Origin: Candidatus Omnitrophota bacterium
Lineage (GTDB): Bacteria; Omnitrophota; Gorgyraeia; Aquiviventales; Aquiviventaceae
Length of the DNA: 48,402 nucleotides
NCBI GenBank assembly: GCA_016180575.1
Contig: JACPAY010000007.1
Span: 77,642-126,043 of the forward strand
Direction of reading: 5' to 3'
Shown here: piece after piece, positions 29,901-40,578 of the stretch
How positions within the stretch are numbered: the first letter of the stretch is position 1
Layout: every line of letters begins with the position of its first letter
Notes under the pieces: generated by a model
What the model was told of the DNA's origin: nothing
Database searches by the model: none
Seen by the model: the letters and a program-made list of their open reading frames with translations, nothing else
Position numbers and translations under genes: made by a program

Positions 29901-30823
29901 CAGCGGCCTCCCTCGCCCGTGTAGCCGAGCTCGCGCAGGATGCGCTCGTCCCGCCGCCAGTCCTCGGCCACCTTCACCCACAGCGCCAGGTGGACCTTGC
30001 GCCCCAGGAGCCGTTCCAGCTGCCGCCGCGCCTCCTGGCCGATCCGCTTCAGCATCGCCCCGCCCCGCCCGATGACGATCGCCTTCTGGCCCGGCCGCTC
30101 GACGAGGATGGTGGCGTGGATCGCCGTCACGCGCTCCCCCGCCTCCACCTGATCGAGCCGCACCGCCACCGCGTGCGGTACCTCCTGGCGCGTGGCGAGG
30201 AGGAGTTGCTCCCGGATGAGCTCGCCGATGCGCTGGTCGGTGGTCTGGTCCGTCCGCTGCTGCGGTTCGTACCAGCGCGGGCCCTCCGGCAGATGGGCGA
30301 TGATCCGCCCGAGCAGCACGTCCAGCTGGTCGCCGGTCAGCGCTGAGATCGGGATGCACTCCGCGAACGTCTGCGCCTTCGCGCACGCCTCGAGGAGCGG
30401 CAAGAGGCGCGGCTTCTTGACGGTATCCACTTTATTGATGGCGAGGAGGGCCGCGCGCGGCGCGCCGCCTCCGCCGGGCTGCCGGATCGCCTGCCGGACC
30501 CTCGCGAAGAGCCGCTCATCCGCCTCGGTGAGGCCGGCCCGCGCGTCGATCATCGCGACGAGCACGTCCGCTTCGTCCATGACCGCCTTCGCGACCTCCA
30601 TCATGTAGCGGCCGAGGACATGCTCAGGCTCGTGGAATCCCGGGCTGTCGAGGAAGGCGACCTGGGCGTCCTCCCGCGTGAGCACGCCGAGGACGCGGTG
30701 CCGGGTCGTCTGGGGGCGCGGCGAGACGATGGCGAGCTTCTCGCCCAGGTAGGCGTTGAGCAGCGTCGATTTGCCGACGTTGGGCCGGCCGACGATCCCG
30801 ACGAACCCGGAGCGATGGCTCAT
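29900..30823 (-). CDS. era: GTPase Era
   Basis: GRPNVGKST, QTTR, DSPG, NKVD, KH domain VIGRGG. Confidence 0.98.
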   Translation of the reverse strand: MSHRSGFVGIVGRPNVGKSTLLNAYLGEKLAIVSPRPQTTRHRVLGVLTREDAQVAFLDSPGFHEPEHVLGRYMMEVAKAVMDEADVLVAMIDARAGLTEADERLFARVRQAIRQPGGGGAPRAALLAINKVDTVKKPRLLPLLEACAKAQTFAECIPISALTGDQLDVLLGRIIAHLPEGPRWYEPQQRTDQTTDQRIGELIREQLLLATRQEVPHAVAVRLDQVEAGERVTAIHATILVERPGQKAIVIGRGGAMLKRIGQEARRQLERLLGRKVHLALWVKVAEDWRRDERILRELGYTGEGGR

Positions 30824-32547
30824 TTGTGGCGCTTCCGTCCGACCCATGCCAGCAGCTGGTTGAGGGTGAAACAGTTGAGGAGGTGGCGGGGCTCAAGCCA
30901 CGCGCGACGCGCCACCGCCAGCCCAAACGCGATCTGCTCCAATTGATCGACGCTGTGCGTATCCGTCGAGAGCGCCAGCATCACCCCCGCTTCCCTGGCC
31001 CGCCGGGCCGACGCATCGTTCAGATCCAGCCGGCGCGGATGGGCATTGAGCTCTAATGCGGTCCCGGTCGTCTTCGCCGCCCTGAAGACCGCCTCCAGAT
31101 CCACCGGGTACGGCTCGCGCTGGCCCATCAGCCGGCCGGTGGGATGCGCGATCAGCGTGACGTACGGGTTGCGCATGGCCGCGATGAGGCGGCGCGTGAG
31201 CGCAGCCTCGCCCTGCCCGAACCCCGAATGGATGGACCCGACGACGAAGTCGAGGTCCGCCAGCACCGCGTCCGGATAGTCCATCGAGCCGTCGCCAAGG
31301 ATATCCACCTCCGCCCCCATCAAGAGGCGCAAGGGCCCGCCGCGGGCGTTGAGCGCGCGGATCTCCCGCATCTGCTCGCGCAGCCGCCTGACCGGCATGC
31401 CGTGCGCCACCTTGAGCGACGGCGAATGGTCGCAGATCGCCAGATACTGATAGCCGCGGGCGGTACCCGCCTTCGCCACGCGGCTGAGCGAGTCGCTCCC
31501 GTCCGACCACCTCGTGTGGATGTGGAAGTCGCCCCGGATGTCCTCCGCCTCGACCAGCGACGGCAATCGGCCGGCTTTCGCCGCGTCGATCTCGCCGCAG
31601 TCCTCGCGCAGCTCGGGCGGGATCCACGCGAGGCCCAGCGCCTTGTAGACGTCCGCCTCTTCCCTGCCCGCAAGGCGCTTCCCGGTCTTCAATCGGAACA
31701 CGCCGTACTCGTTGACCTTGAGGCCCTGCCGCCCCGCCAGTTCGCGCAGGCGGACATTGTGCTCCTTCGAACCGGTGAAGTACTGCAGGGCGGCGCCGAA
31801 GCTCTCCGGCGGAACGACCCGCAGGTCGATCTGCAGCCCGTCCGGGGTCAGGATGGAGGACTTGGTCCTGCCGGAGGCCAGCACCCGGGCGCAGAAGGAG
31901 GACTTCCGCAGCGCCTCCATCGCCTTCAGCGGCCGGGTGGACGCCGCCAGCAGATCCAGGTCGCCGATCGTCTCCCGCATCCGCCGCAGGCTGCCGGCCG
32001 TCGAGACGCGGCTGACGCCGGGCGCCCGCCGCAAGAGCGCGAGCAGCTCGTTGGCCAGCGGCACGGCGATCCCCAGATGCATCCGTTCGCGGCCACGAGC
32101 CAACACGCCGATGCCCTTGAGGAGGTTCTCCTCTTTCTTCGCCCCGAACCCCGGCAGCCCCCGAATCCGGTGCGCCTTCGCCGCCTCCTCAAGCTCCCCG
32201 ACGGTGGAAACGCGCAGCCGTTTCGTCAGCAGCTTGGCCGTCTTGGGACCGAGGCCGGGGACCTCCAGCAGCTCCAGGATGCCGGGCGGGACCCGCCGCT
32301 TGAGCGATTCGACCGCGCGCATCTTGCCCGTCTGGAGATACTCCTCGATCTTCTCGGCCAGATCCGCCCCGATGCCGGAGAGCTCCCGCAGCCGCCGTTC
32401 CGCGGCCAGCCGCTCGAGGTCGCCGCTGAAGCTTTCCAGGTTCTGCGCGGCCCGCCGGTAGGCCCGGATGCGAAAGGGGTTCTCGTCGCGGTACTCCAGC
32501 AGATCGGCCATCTGGGTGAAGAGCGCGGCGATCTCGTGTTGTTTCAT
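30820..32547 (-). CDS. polX: DNA polymerase/3'-5' exonuclease PolX
   Basis: FRIRAY, PGLGPK, GSLRR, GDLD, YFTGSKEHN, PHP DFHIHT..SDG, TDTH. Confidence 0.96.
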   Translation of the reverse strand: MKQHEIAALFTQMADLLEYRDENPFRIRAYRRAAQNLESFSGDLERLAAERRLRELSGIGADLAEKIEEYLQTGKMRAVESLKRRVPPGILELLEVPGLGPKTAKLLTKRLRVSTVGELEEAAKAHRIRGLPGFGAKKEENLLKGIGVLARGRERMHLGIAVPLANELLALLRRAPGVSRVSTAGSLRRMRETIGDLDLLAASTRPLKAMEALRKSSFCARVLASGRTKSSILTPDGLQIDLRVVPPESFGAALQYFTGSKEHNVRLRELAGRQGLKVNEYGVFRLKTGKRLAGREEADVYKALGLAWIPPELREDCGEIDAAKAGRLPSLVEAEDIRGDFHIHTRWSDGSDSLSRVAKAGTARGYQYLAICDHSPSLKVAHGMPVRRLREQMREIRALNARGGPLRLLMGAEVDILGDGSMDYPDAVLADLDFVVGSIHSGFGQGEAALTRRLIAAMRNPYVTLIAHPTGRLMGQREPYPVDLEAVFRAAKTTGTALELNAHPRRLDLNDASARRAREAGVMLALSTDTHSVDQLEQIAFGLAVARRAWLEPRHLLNCFTLNQLLAWVGRKRHK

Positions 32548-33743
32548 CCGACCGCCTCCTCGCGCGACGCGGGGACGCCCCGGAGGAGCCAGAGCCCGAC
32601 CGCCAGCTGCCCGACGAGCATCAGGACGGCGGGACGGTACCGCGCCGGGTCCCACACCACCACACCCCAGAGCAGCGGCCCGACGATGGCCGCCGCCCTC
32701 CCGAAGAGCCCGGCCAGGCCGAACATCTCCGCAAGCTGGTCCTTGGGCGACAGCTCCACGACCAGCACGCGGGCGGTGGCCCACGTGGAGCCCAGGCAGA
32801 ATCCGATGACCGGCCCGGCAAACCAATACCACCCCCCGGAGGGGGCCGCCGCCACGAGCGCCAAGGCCGCCATCCACCCCGCCCAGATGCCGGCCAGCGT
32901 CCGTTTCGCCCCCCACCGAGCGATCAGCCGGCCGAAGGAGAGCGACCCGGCCACGGCGAACAGCTGGCTGAAGACGAAGAACGCGATCAGCCGTCCCACC
33001 GTGAAGCCCATGACCGTCCGCGCGTAGACCCCCATGAAGACGAGCACGGTGTTGATCGCGGTCAGGCTGAAGAAGGCGGCCCAGAAGTACCGCCACAGGC
33101 CGGCCAAGGCCCGCGCGGAGCGCACGGTGCGGCTCATCCGCTGCGCGGCATTCCGCGCGAGCCGGCGCCAGTTCGTCTTCCCGCCGAGCGCCGGGGTCTC
33201 ACGGATCACCAGGAAGCTCGGCAGCGCGAAGAGCAGGAAGCAGAGGGCGGCCGGCGCGAACGCGGCCTGGTAGCCCCCGACGTGGACGAACGGCCAGAGC
33301 AGCACCAGGCCCAGCGTGCTGCCCAGGTAGCCGAAGGCCGCCCCGATGCCGGAGGCCTGCCCCAGCCGCCCGGGGGCCGCCACCGTCCAGAGCAGCGCGT
33401 CGTAGAACACCGTGCCGAGCTGGTAGCAGATGTTGGCGATCCCGAAGAGCACGAGCGCGACCCCCAGGTGCGTCGTCATGCCGACGAGCACGGTGGCGGC
33501 GGTGCAGCCGTAGGTGGTCCATCGGAGGAAGCGCATCCGCTCGCCGGCCGCGTCGGAGAGCGCGCCGCTGAGCGGCATGATGAGCGCCACGACGGCCATC
33601 GAGATCCCCAGCGCGAGGCTGAACCACAGCTCCTTGCCGCCGCGGGTCTCCACCACCCACAGGGGGAAGTAGAACGAGAGCATCGCCACGGCGAAGAACG
33701 TGTTGGCGAGATCGAAGAGCGCCCACGCCAGGAACTGCCGCAT
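32544..33743 (-). CDS. MFS transporter (UMF1/ATG22-like)
   Basis: WALFDLAN, GALSD, FYDALL, ~12 TM segments. Confidence 0.88.
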   Translation of the reverse strand: MRQFLAWALFDLANTFFAVAMLSFYFPLWVVETRGGKELWFSLALGISMAVVALIMPLSGALSDAAGERMRFLRWTTYGCTAATVLVGMTTHLGVALVLFGIANICYQLGTVFYDALLWTVAAPGRLGQASGIGAAFGYLGSTLGLVLLWPFVHVGGYQAAFAPAALCFLLFALPSFLVIRETPALGGKTNWRRLARNAAQRMSRTVRSARALAGLWRYFWAAFFSLTAINTVLVFMGVYARTVMGFTVGRLIAFFVFSQLFAVAGSLSFGRLIARWGAKRTLAGIWAGWMAALALVAAAPSGGWYWFAGPVIGFCLGSTWATARVLVVELSPKDQLAEMFGLAGLFGRAAAIVGPLLWGVVVWDPARYRPAVLMLVGQLAVGLWLLRGVPASREEAVG

Positions 33744-33753
33744 CCGCTCGCCG

Positions 33754-35049
33754 CTACCGCGCAGACTGCAGGAACGCCGGCAGGCTGTCTTTCCAGTCGG
33801 CTTCGAGCCGCGGGAGCTTCCGGCGGAAGCCCTCCGCCAGGGCCTCCTCCCACGCCTGCCCGCCCGCAATCGCCTGGAGGAGCTTCCGGATCCGCCAGAA
33901 TCCGTACCGGTTCACGAGGTAGGCCGCGATCGTGTAGGACTCCTCATACGCCAGGCCCACCTCCTCGGCGGCGAGGGCCGGCGAGATGTGGTCGGAGAGC
34001 TCCGTCCATGGGATGAGCTGCTGCGCCTCGTAGGCCTGGGCCAGCCGATGGAGCGGCCGTGACGCCTGGGTCCGGCCCTCGTACTCCGCCAACCCCTCGT
34101 TCAGCCAGGTCGGGCACCGGCCCTTCGTCAGGTCGTGGATGAGCGCATGGGTGTATTCATGGAACAGGATGTTCCGGACCGTCGCCTGGTCGAACTGCTC
34201 GCTCGGCAGCGGCACGCGGATCTTCCCGTCGAACTGGCCGCCCAGCCACTCCGGCGTCTCCTCCCGCAGCTGGCGGAACTTCTCCGGGCTGTAGATGAGG
34301 ACGACGAGCTTGTACTTGGGCCAGTAGGCGAAGTCCGACCCGACCTGCCGCCGGGCGGTGATGAGGGCATCGCGGATGTCGAAGCCGACCGGCCGCTCCA
34401 GATGTTCTTCATAGCGCAAATCGAAATAGGATTGGGACAGCCGCTCAAACTGCGACTCGACCGGCAGCTCCTCGGTGACCTGGCTGAGCTGCTCCGCGAC
34501 CTCCGCCTGGCTGGGATCGAGGGCCAGCACCCGCTCCCAGGCCGCTTTGGCCTCCTTGAGCCGCTGCCGATCGTACTCGATCTTCCCGAGGAGGTGGTAG
34601 GCTTCCACCAGCTCCGGGTTGAGCGCGATCGCCCGCTGGAGCGCATCAACCGCGCCGGCGATGTCGCGCCGCTCATAGGCCTCATGCCCCTGCATGAGCC
34701 ATACCCGGCTGAAGTTCTTCTGCACCTGCTGGTCCTTAGCGTCGAGCCGCAGCGCCTCCTGGAACTGCTGCGCCGCCAGCGCCCACTGTCCCTGACCGCT
34801 CAATTCCACTCCATAGTTGTTGTAGGCGACCGCGAGCTGTTGGCGCGTCTGGGCGTGTCCCGGACGGTCGTAGGCCTGCTGCCTGAGATGGGTGATCACC
34901 GCCGGCCAGTCGACGGCCTCCTGGCCGTCCCCCGTTTCAGCATGCAGCGTGGAGCCGGCGGCGATCGAGAGCAGCGCAAGAGCCAAAAGCGCGGCGGGGC
35001 CGGCGGCGCGGTGCGGCGAACGCCTCCCTTGCCACCCGCCGCTAACCAT
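33754..35049 (-). CDS. Exported TPR-repeat protein with a peptidase MA (gluzincin) domain
   Basis: Signal peptide, TPRs, HEYTH ... WLNEGLAEY. Confidence 0.85.
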   Translation of the reverse strand: MVSGGWQGRRSPHRAAGPAALLALALLSIAAGSTLHAETGDGQEAVDWPAVITHLRQQAYDRPGHAQTRQQLAVAYNNYGVELSGQGQWALAAQQFQEALRLDAKDQQVQKNFSRVWLMQGHEAYERRDIAGAVDALQRAIALNPELVEAYHLLGKIEYDRQRLKEAKAAWERVLALDPSQAEVAEQLSQVTEELPVESQFERLSQSYFDLRYEEHLERPVGFDIRDALITARRQVGSDFAYWPKYKLVVLIYSPEKFRQLREETPEWLGGQFDGKIRVPLPSEQFDQATVRNILFHEYTHALIHDLTKGRCPTWLNEGLAEYEGRTQASRPLHRLAQAYEAQQLIPWTELSDHISPALAAEEVGLAYEESYTIAAYLVNRYGFWRIRKLLQAIAGGQAWEEALAEGFRRKLPRLEADWKDSLPAFLQSAR

Positions 35050-35887
35050 TCGTCAGCGCCCAGTCGCGGACCCGTTGCAGCACGTCAGCCCGGACCGCCT
35101 CATGATGCAGCTCATGGTAGCTGTCCGGGAAGACCTCGCAGTGCTTCTCGCACGTCAGCCGGTCGAACCAGCGGCGGGCCCACTCGATGGAGACGACCCG
35201 GTCCGCGCCGGCGAGGAGGAGCAGGACCGGCGCCCTGATCGACGCGGCGCGGGCCATCGCCTCATCCCGCGCGCGCAGCAGCGAGCGATAGGTCCTCGCG
35301 GTCATGATATGGTGGACGAGGGGGTCGTCGCGGTACGCTTGAACCACGCCCGCATCATGGCTGAGCCGCTCGACATCGAAGCGCAAGGAGAAGGGGCAGG
35401 TCGGCCAGCACGCCGCCAGGAGCGAGGCGGCAGCCGTCTCCCAGCGCGGGAGCGGAAATCCGACCTCCAATAACGGCGATTGGAGGATGACGCGCCGAAG
35501 CTCCGCAGGCTGCTCCAGCGCCCACAAGATGGCCAGGAGCCCCCCGAAGCTGTGTCCGAAGAGCGCATAGGATGAGAGGCCTGACTGCGGCAGGAAGACG
35601 TCGCGGGTCACGCCCTGGAGCTGCCGCACGTAGTCGGCCACCTGCTCCACGTCCCCCCGCCGCCCGTCGGAGCGTCCGTGACCCCAGAGGTCAGGCACCC
35701 CGACCCAGATGCCCTGCCCTGCCAGCGCCTCGGCAAACGCCCGGTGCCGGCCGCCGTGCTCGCCAAAGCCATGGACGATGATCAGGAGGGCTCGCGGGGC
35801 CGCCGCGGGCCGCCAGCAGCGGTAGGCCAGCCGCCGCCGCGACGCCGGCTCGACCCACTCGCCGTCGAGCGAGGAGACGCCGTTCAT
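35042..35887 (-). CDS. Lysophospholipase/monoacylglycerol lipase (Hydrolase_4)
   Basis: VHGFGEH, DLWGHGRSDG, GHSFGG, YRDDPLV, ADRVV, YHELHHE. Confidence 0.9.
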   Translation of the reverse strand: MNGVSSLDGEWVEPASRRRLAYRCWRPAAAPRALLIIVHGFGEHGGRHRAFAEALAGQGIWVGVPDLWGHGRSDGRRGDVEQVADYVRQLQGVTRDVFLPQSGLSSYALFGHSFGGLLAILWALEQPAELRRVILQSPLLEVGFPLPRWETAAASLLAACWPTCPFSLRFDVERLSHDAGVVQAYRDDPLVHHIMTARTYRSLLRARDEAMARAASIRAPVLLLLAGADRVVSIEWARRWFDRLTCEKHCEVFPDSYHELHHEAVRADVLQRVRDWALTNG

Positions 35888-37704
35888 GGAGCCGACTGGT
35901 AGAGGGCGTCCAGCGCCGCGGCGTACCGCTGGGCGATGACGGTGCGTTTCGCCTTCAGCGTGGGGGTCAGCTCGCCGGCCGCCTGGGAGAACTCCTGCTC
36001 GAGCAGCGCGATGCGCTTGACCTGCTCGAAGCTCGGGAGCCCCTGCTGCCTGGCTTGGACGAGGCCCCAGTAGAACGCCGCGACCCGCGGGTCGCGGACC
36101 AGCTCCGCCGCCGACGCCGCGGGAATCTCCTCCTGCTGGGCGTAGCGCCGCAGCTGGTCCATGTTCGGCACGATGAGCGCCACGCAGTACGGCCGCCGGT
36201 CCCCGTAGACGAACGCCTGGCTGATGTGCGGGTCCGCCACGAAGAGGCCCTCGAGCTTCTGCGGCGCGACGAACTTCCCTCCCGCGGTCTTGATGAGGTC
36301 CTTCTTCCGGTCCGTGATGACGAGGCACCCCTCCGCATCCAGATGGCCGATATCCCCGGTGTGGAGCCAGCCGCCGGCGAGCACCTCGGCGGTCGCCTCC
36401 GGCTTCCGGTAGTAGCCCTGCATGACATGCGGGCCGCGGGTCAGGATCTCCCCGTCCTCGGCGATCCGGACCTCGACGCCGGGCAGCAACGGCCCGACGC
36501 TGCCAAACCGCGGCACGGGCGGGCGGTTGACGGCGATGACCGGCGAGGTTTCCGTCAGGCCGTAGCCTTCCAGGATCGTGACGCCCACGCTGTAGAAGAA
36601 CTCCCCGATCTCTTTCGAGAGCGGGGCGCTGCCGGAGACGAAGAACCGCAGCCGCCCGCCGAGATGAGAGCGAAGCGTTCGGAACACCAAGGCATCGGCG
36701 ATCGCCCGACGGAGCCGGAGCGGCCAGGGGATGGGCCGCCCCGCCAGCTCGCATGCGGCGGCCGCCCGTCCCACGCGGAGCGCCCATTCGGCCACGCGCC
36801 GCTTCGCCGGCGGGGCCTGCCGGATCCCTCCCTGGATGCTGAAGTAGAGTTTCTCGAAGAACCGCGGCACCCCCAGCATGATCGTCGGCCGGACCGCCAG
36901 CATGTCGCGCGGGATGGTGTCCATGCTCTCCGCATACGCGATGCGCGCCCCCACCGCCATCATGAGGTACCAGCCGGCCATCCGCTCGAACACGTGGCAG
37001 AGCGGCAGGAACGAGAGGTGGGTGTCCTGCCCGCGGATGGAAACCACCTGCAGGCAGGCCTCGACGTTGGAGAGGAAGTTGCGGTGCGACAGCATGACGC
37101 CCTTTGGCTCGCCCGTCGTGCCCGACGTGTAGATGAGCGTGGCGGTCTGCTCCGGGCGCAGGTCGCCCAGCCGCCGGCCGAGCTGCTCACGCAGCTCCTG
37201 ACCCGCTGCCCTGCCCTGCGCGAGCGCCGCTTCCCAGGGCACGACCGGCGGTTGGCCGGCCTGCGCCGCCCCCTCCATTGCGACCAGCGCGCGGAAGCAG
37301 CCCATGTCCCGATTGACCGCGAGGAGCTTCGCGGCCTGCTCCGGCGTCGAGGCGATGCCGATGACGGCGCCGCAGTCCTGGCCGATGGCCCGGATCCCCT
37401 CCCCGGTCAGGCTGGGGTAGATCGGCACGGTCCACGCCCCGACGGACTGGATGGCCAGGTCCGCCAGGGCCCACTCCGGACGGTTCTCGGACAGGAGGAG
37501 CACCCGGTCGCCAGGCTCGACGCCTTGCTGGAGCAGGTAGAGGCTGAAGGCGCGCAGGTCCTCGGCCGCCTGCGCCCAGGTGATGGGGCGGTAGGCGCCG
37601 TCCCGCCTGGCGAGGAAGAGGGGGGCCGCCTGGAGCGCCTCGGCCTGACGGGCGAAGAGCGCGGGGATCGCCTCCCCGGTCACAGGATGCCCTCTTCCAG
37701 CCAT
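35884..37704 (-). CDS. fadD: Long-chain fatty acid--CoA ligase
   Basis: YTSGTTGEPKG, SFLPLCHVFER, EGYGLTE, TGDIG, ELTPTLK. Confidence 0.93.
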   Translation of the reverse strand: MAGRGHPVTGEAIPALFARQAEALQAAPLFLARRDGAYRPITWAQAAEDLRAFSLYLLQQGVEPGDRVLLLSENRPEWALADLAIQSVGAWTVPIYPSLTGEGIRAIGQDCGAVIGIASTPEQAAKLLAVNRDMGCFRALVAMEGAAQAGQPPVVPWEAALAQGRAAGQELREQLGRRLGDLRPEQTATLIYTSGTTGEPKGVMLSHRNFLSNVEACLQVVSIRGQDTHLSFLPLCHVFERMAGWYLMMAVGARIAYAESMDTIPRDMLAVRPTIMLGVPRFFEKLYFSIQGGIRQAPPAKRRVAEWALRVGRAAAACELAGRPIPWPLRLRRAIADALVFRTLRSHLGGRLRFFVSGSAPLSKEIGEFFYSVGVTILEGYGLTETSPVIAVNRPPVPRFGSVGPLLPGVEVRIAEDGEILTRGPHVMQGYYRKPEATAEVLAGGWLHTGDIGHLDAEGCLVITDRKKDLIKTAGGKFVAPQKLEGLFVADPHISQAFVYGDRRPYCVALIVPNMDQLRRYAQQEEIPAASAAELVRDPRVAAFYWGLVQARQQGLPSFEQVKRIALLEQEFSQAAGELTPTLKAKRTVIAQRYAAALDALYQSAP

Positions 37705-39551
37705 GCGAACCGTCCGCTCATGACGTCCTGCGCCGTCCGGTAGATCTCGCGGTCGTCATTGGCGCCGAGCTCCCGGAAGGCCTGCGCGATCCGCCGGCGG
37801 CTCATGCGGCAGAAGAGATCCGCGAGCTCCACCGGGCTCTGCTCGGCGGGCTGCAGGCGGACCATCGCCTGGGCCCTGGAACAGGCGGCGGCCATGGCGA
37901 AGAGGTCGGCCCCGATGTCCACCAAGCGGCCGAGCAGCTGCTGGCGGTACGCGAGGCGCGCCTGATGCCGGACCGCGCTGTGGAACAGGGCGCGGGCGAG
38001 CCGATGGCTCGTGCATTCGACGAAGCGCAGGTGGCCGGCAAGCCGGCGCTCGAATGCCGCAGGGCGCATCCATCCGCTCCACGCCAGCCATTGGCGGGGA
38101 TACCAGAGCGCGTAGTAGCCGAAGGCCCTGAGGGCCGAGCCGACCTTTCGGCGCGGCGATTGGCGCGGGTCGAGGAGCTGGCTGACGAGCCGCATGTGGG
38201 CGTCGAGCACCTCGCGGGCGATGAAGAGCCGCATGATCTGGCTCGTCCCTTCGATGATGAGGTTGATGCGGCCGTCCCGCATCATCCGCTCGACCGGGAG
38301 GCCCGGCTCCCCGCGGGCGCGCAAGGACTGCGCGGTCTCGTAGCCCCGCCCGCCGCGGACCTGCAGCGTGTCGTCGATGAGGCGCCAGCAGGCCTCGGAG
38401 CAGAACAGCTTGGCGATGGCCGCCTCCAGCCGGACATCGGTCGCCTTGCGGTCCACCAGCGCCGAGGCGAGCCAGACCATGGCGTCCATGGCGAAGGTCG
38501 TGGCCGCCATCGCGCCCACCTTCGCCGCCACCGCCTCATGCTTGCCGATCGGCCCGCCCCACTGCTTCCGCTCCTTGATCCACGCCCGGGTGATCTGGAG
38601 GCATCGCTTCGCGGTCCCGACGCACGCCGCCGGGATGGCGATGCGGCCGGCGTTGAGCGTCACGAGCGCCAGCTTGAGCCCGAGTCCCATCCCCCAGACG
38701 ATGTTCTCCTTCGGCACCCGGACATTGGTGAACCGCAGCACGCCGTTCTGGATGCCCTTCAGCCCCATGAAGTCGCAGCGATGGACGACCTCGAAGCCGG
38801 GCATGGCGCGCTCGACGATGAACGCCGTGATCTGCTTGCGCTCCCTCCCGCCGACGGTGATCGACGGCGTCCGGGCCATGACGACCACCAGCTCCGCCAC
38901 CGGGCCGTTGGTGCACCACAGCTTCTCGCCGTTGAGGACGTACGCGGCTCCCCCGTCCACGGGCGTGGCCGTCGTCACCATGTTGGCGGGATCCGAGCCG
39001 ACCCCGGGCTCGGTCAGGGCGAAGGCCGACACGGCGCCGCGGGCGAGCCGGGGGAGGTAGCGGCGTTTCTGCTCCTCCGTCCCGAAGAGGAGCAGGGGCT
39101 GCGGGGCGCCGATGCTCTGGTGGGCGCTCAGCCACACCGTGGTGGAGCCGCAGTAGCTGCCGATCAGGGCGATAACCCGGTTGTAGTTCGTCTGGGAGAG
39201 GCCGAGGCCCCCATACGCCTTCGGGATCTTCATGCCGAAGCAGCCCAGGCGGCTCAACCCCTCGAGGACGGCGGCCGGCATCTCGCCGGTCCGGTCGATC
39301 TCATCGGGGTCCACGTGCTCCTTGAGGAACGGCTCAAGCTGCGCGAGGAACGCGTCCCCGACCCGGCGGTCCGCCTCGTCCTGCTCCGGGTACGGGATGA
39401 TGAGATCGGTCCGCAGCCGCCCCATGAAGAGCTCGGCGACGAAGCTGGGATACCGCCACTCGGTCTCGCGGGCGGCCTCAGTGACCTCGAGCGCCTCCGG
39501 GGCGCCGGATCCCATGAGCGGGTCCGGTCCGGCCATCGGGGAGAGGGTCAT
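37680..39551 (-). CDS. Acyl-CoA dehydrogenase (long, ACAD9/VLCAD-like)
   Basis: AFALTEPGVGSD, NGEKLWCTNG, GGRGYE, INLIIEGTSQI. Confidence 0.93.
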   Translation of the reverse strand: MTLSPMAGPDPLMGSGAPEALEVTEAARETEWRYPSFVAELFMGRLRTDLIIPYPEQDEADRRVGDAFLAQLEPFLKEHVDPDEIDRTGEMPAAVLEGLSRLGCFGMKIPKAYGGLGLSQTNYNRVIALIGSYCGSTTVWLSAHQSIGAPQPLLLFGTEEQKRRYLPRLARGAVSAFALTEPGVGSDPANMVTTATPVDGGAAYVLNGEKLWCTNGPVAELVVVMARTPSITVGGRERKQITAFIVERAMPGFEVVHRCDFMGLKGIQNGVLRFTNVRVPKENIVWGMGLGLKLALVTLNAGRIAIPAACVGTAKRCLQITRAWIKERKQWGGPIGKHEAVAAKVGAMAATTFAMDAMVWLASALVDRKATDVRLEAAIAKLFCSEACWRLIDDTLQVRGGRGYETAQSLRARGEPGLPVERMMRDGRINLIIEGTSQIMRLFIAREVLDAHMRLVSQLLDPRQSPRRKVGSALRAFGYYALWYPRQWLAWSGWMRPAAFERRLAGHLRFVECTSHRLARALFHSAVRHQARLAYRQQLLGRLVDIGADLFAMAAACSRAQAMVRLQPAEQSPVELADLFCRMSRRRIAQAFRELGANDDREIYRTAQDVMSGRFAWLEEGIL

Positions 39552-39555
39552 CGGC

Positions 39556-40578
39556 TCACGCCCTCCGGCCGGCACCGGCCACCAGGTTCACGGGGGCGTT
39601 GCTCAAGAAGCCGGTGATGTTCTGCACGGTGGTCTCCAGGATCCGCTGGAGCGCCTCCCGGCTGTCAAAGGCGATGTGGGGCGTGATGACGACATTTTCC
39701 CGATGGAGCAGGATGTGGTTGCGCAGCGCCGTGGCGAGCTTCTCCTTCGGGAAATCCTTGGAGAGCAGCTGGCGCTCCTCCTTCACCAGCTCCTCGCCCT
39801 CCAGCACATCCAGCCCGGCGCCGCCCACGATGCCCTCGTCCAAGGCCCACACGAGCGCGTCAGTGTCGATGAGCCCGCCCCGCGCCGTGTTGATGAGCAG
39901 CGCCCCCCGCTTCATCAGGCGGAAGGCGGCGCGGTCCATCAGATGGTGGGTCGAGGGCAGGTGGGGCAGGTGGAGGCTGATGATGTCGGAGCGGCGCAGC
40001 AGCGCCTCCAGCGGCACGTACCGGAAATCCAGCACCTCGCTGAGGAAGACGTTCCGGCGCACGTCATGGACCAGGACCTCCATGCCGAACCCTTTGGCCA
40101 TCTTGATGACGTGCAGGCCGATGTGCCCGCCCCCGACCACGCCGAGCGTCTTCCCCTTGAGGTCAAAGCCCTGGAGCCCCTCGAGGGAGAAATCGCCCTT
40201 GATCGTCTTCACGTACGCCTTGTGGATGTTCCGGGAGAGGGCGAGGATCAGCGCGAAGGTGTGCTCGGCGACGGTGTTCTCCCCGTAGGAGGGGATGTTG
40301 GAAACCGCAATCCGGCGCTTCCGGCAGGCCGCGAGGTCAATGTGGTCGAATCCCGTGGAGCGGGTCGCGATGAAGCGCGCGCGGGGCAGGCGGCGCAGGA
40401 GCGAGGCCGTGAGCGTGGAGTAGATGAACACCGAGAGGATCTCGGCGTGAGCCGCGAGGCGCCGCGTCTCCTCCGTCAGCGGCTCGGCGACGAAGCGGAC
40501 GCTCAGGCGATGCGGCGACAGCGCCCGCGTGAGGTAGCGGCGCTCCCAGGGCGCCGTCTCAAAGAAGACCGCCCTCAT
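39556..40578 (-). CDS. D-2-hydroxyacid dehydrogenase (D-lactate dehydrogenase-like)
   Basis: RSTGFDHID, VAEH, GVVGGGHIG, INTARG, GLDVLEGE, TPHIAF. Confidence 0.92.
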   Translation of the reverse strand: MRAVFFETAPWERRYLTRALSPHRLSVRFVAEPLTEETRRLAAHAEILSVFIYSTLTASLLRRLPRARFIATRSTGFDHIDLAACRKRRIAVSNIPSYGENTVAEHTFALILALSRNIHKAYVKTIKGDFSLEGLQGFDLKGKTLGVVGGGHIGLHVIKMAKGFGMEVLVHDVRRNVFLSEVLDFRYVPLEALLRRSDIISLHLPHLPSTHHLMDRAAFRLMKRGALLINTARGGLIDTDALVWALDEGIVGGAGLDVLEGEELVKEERQLLSKDFPKEKLATALRNHILLHRENVVITPHIAFDSREALQRILETTVQNITGFLSNAPVNLVAGAGRRA

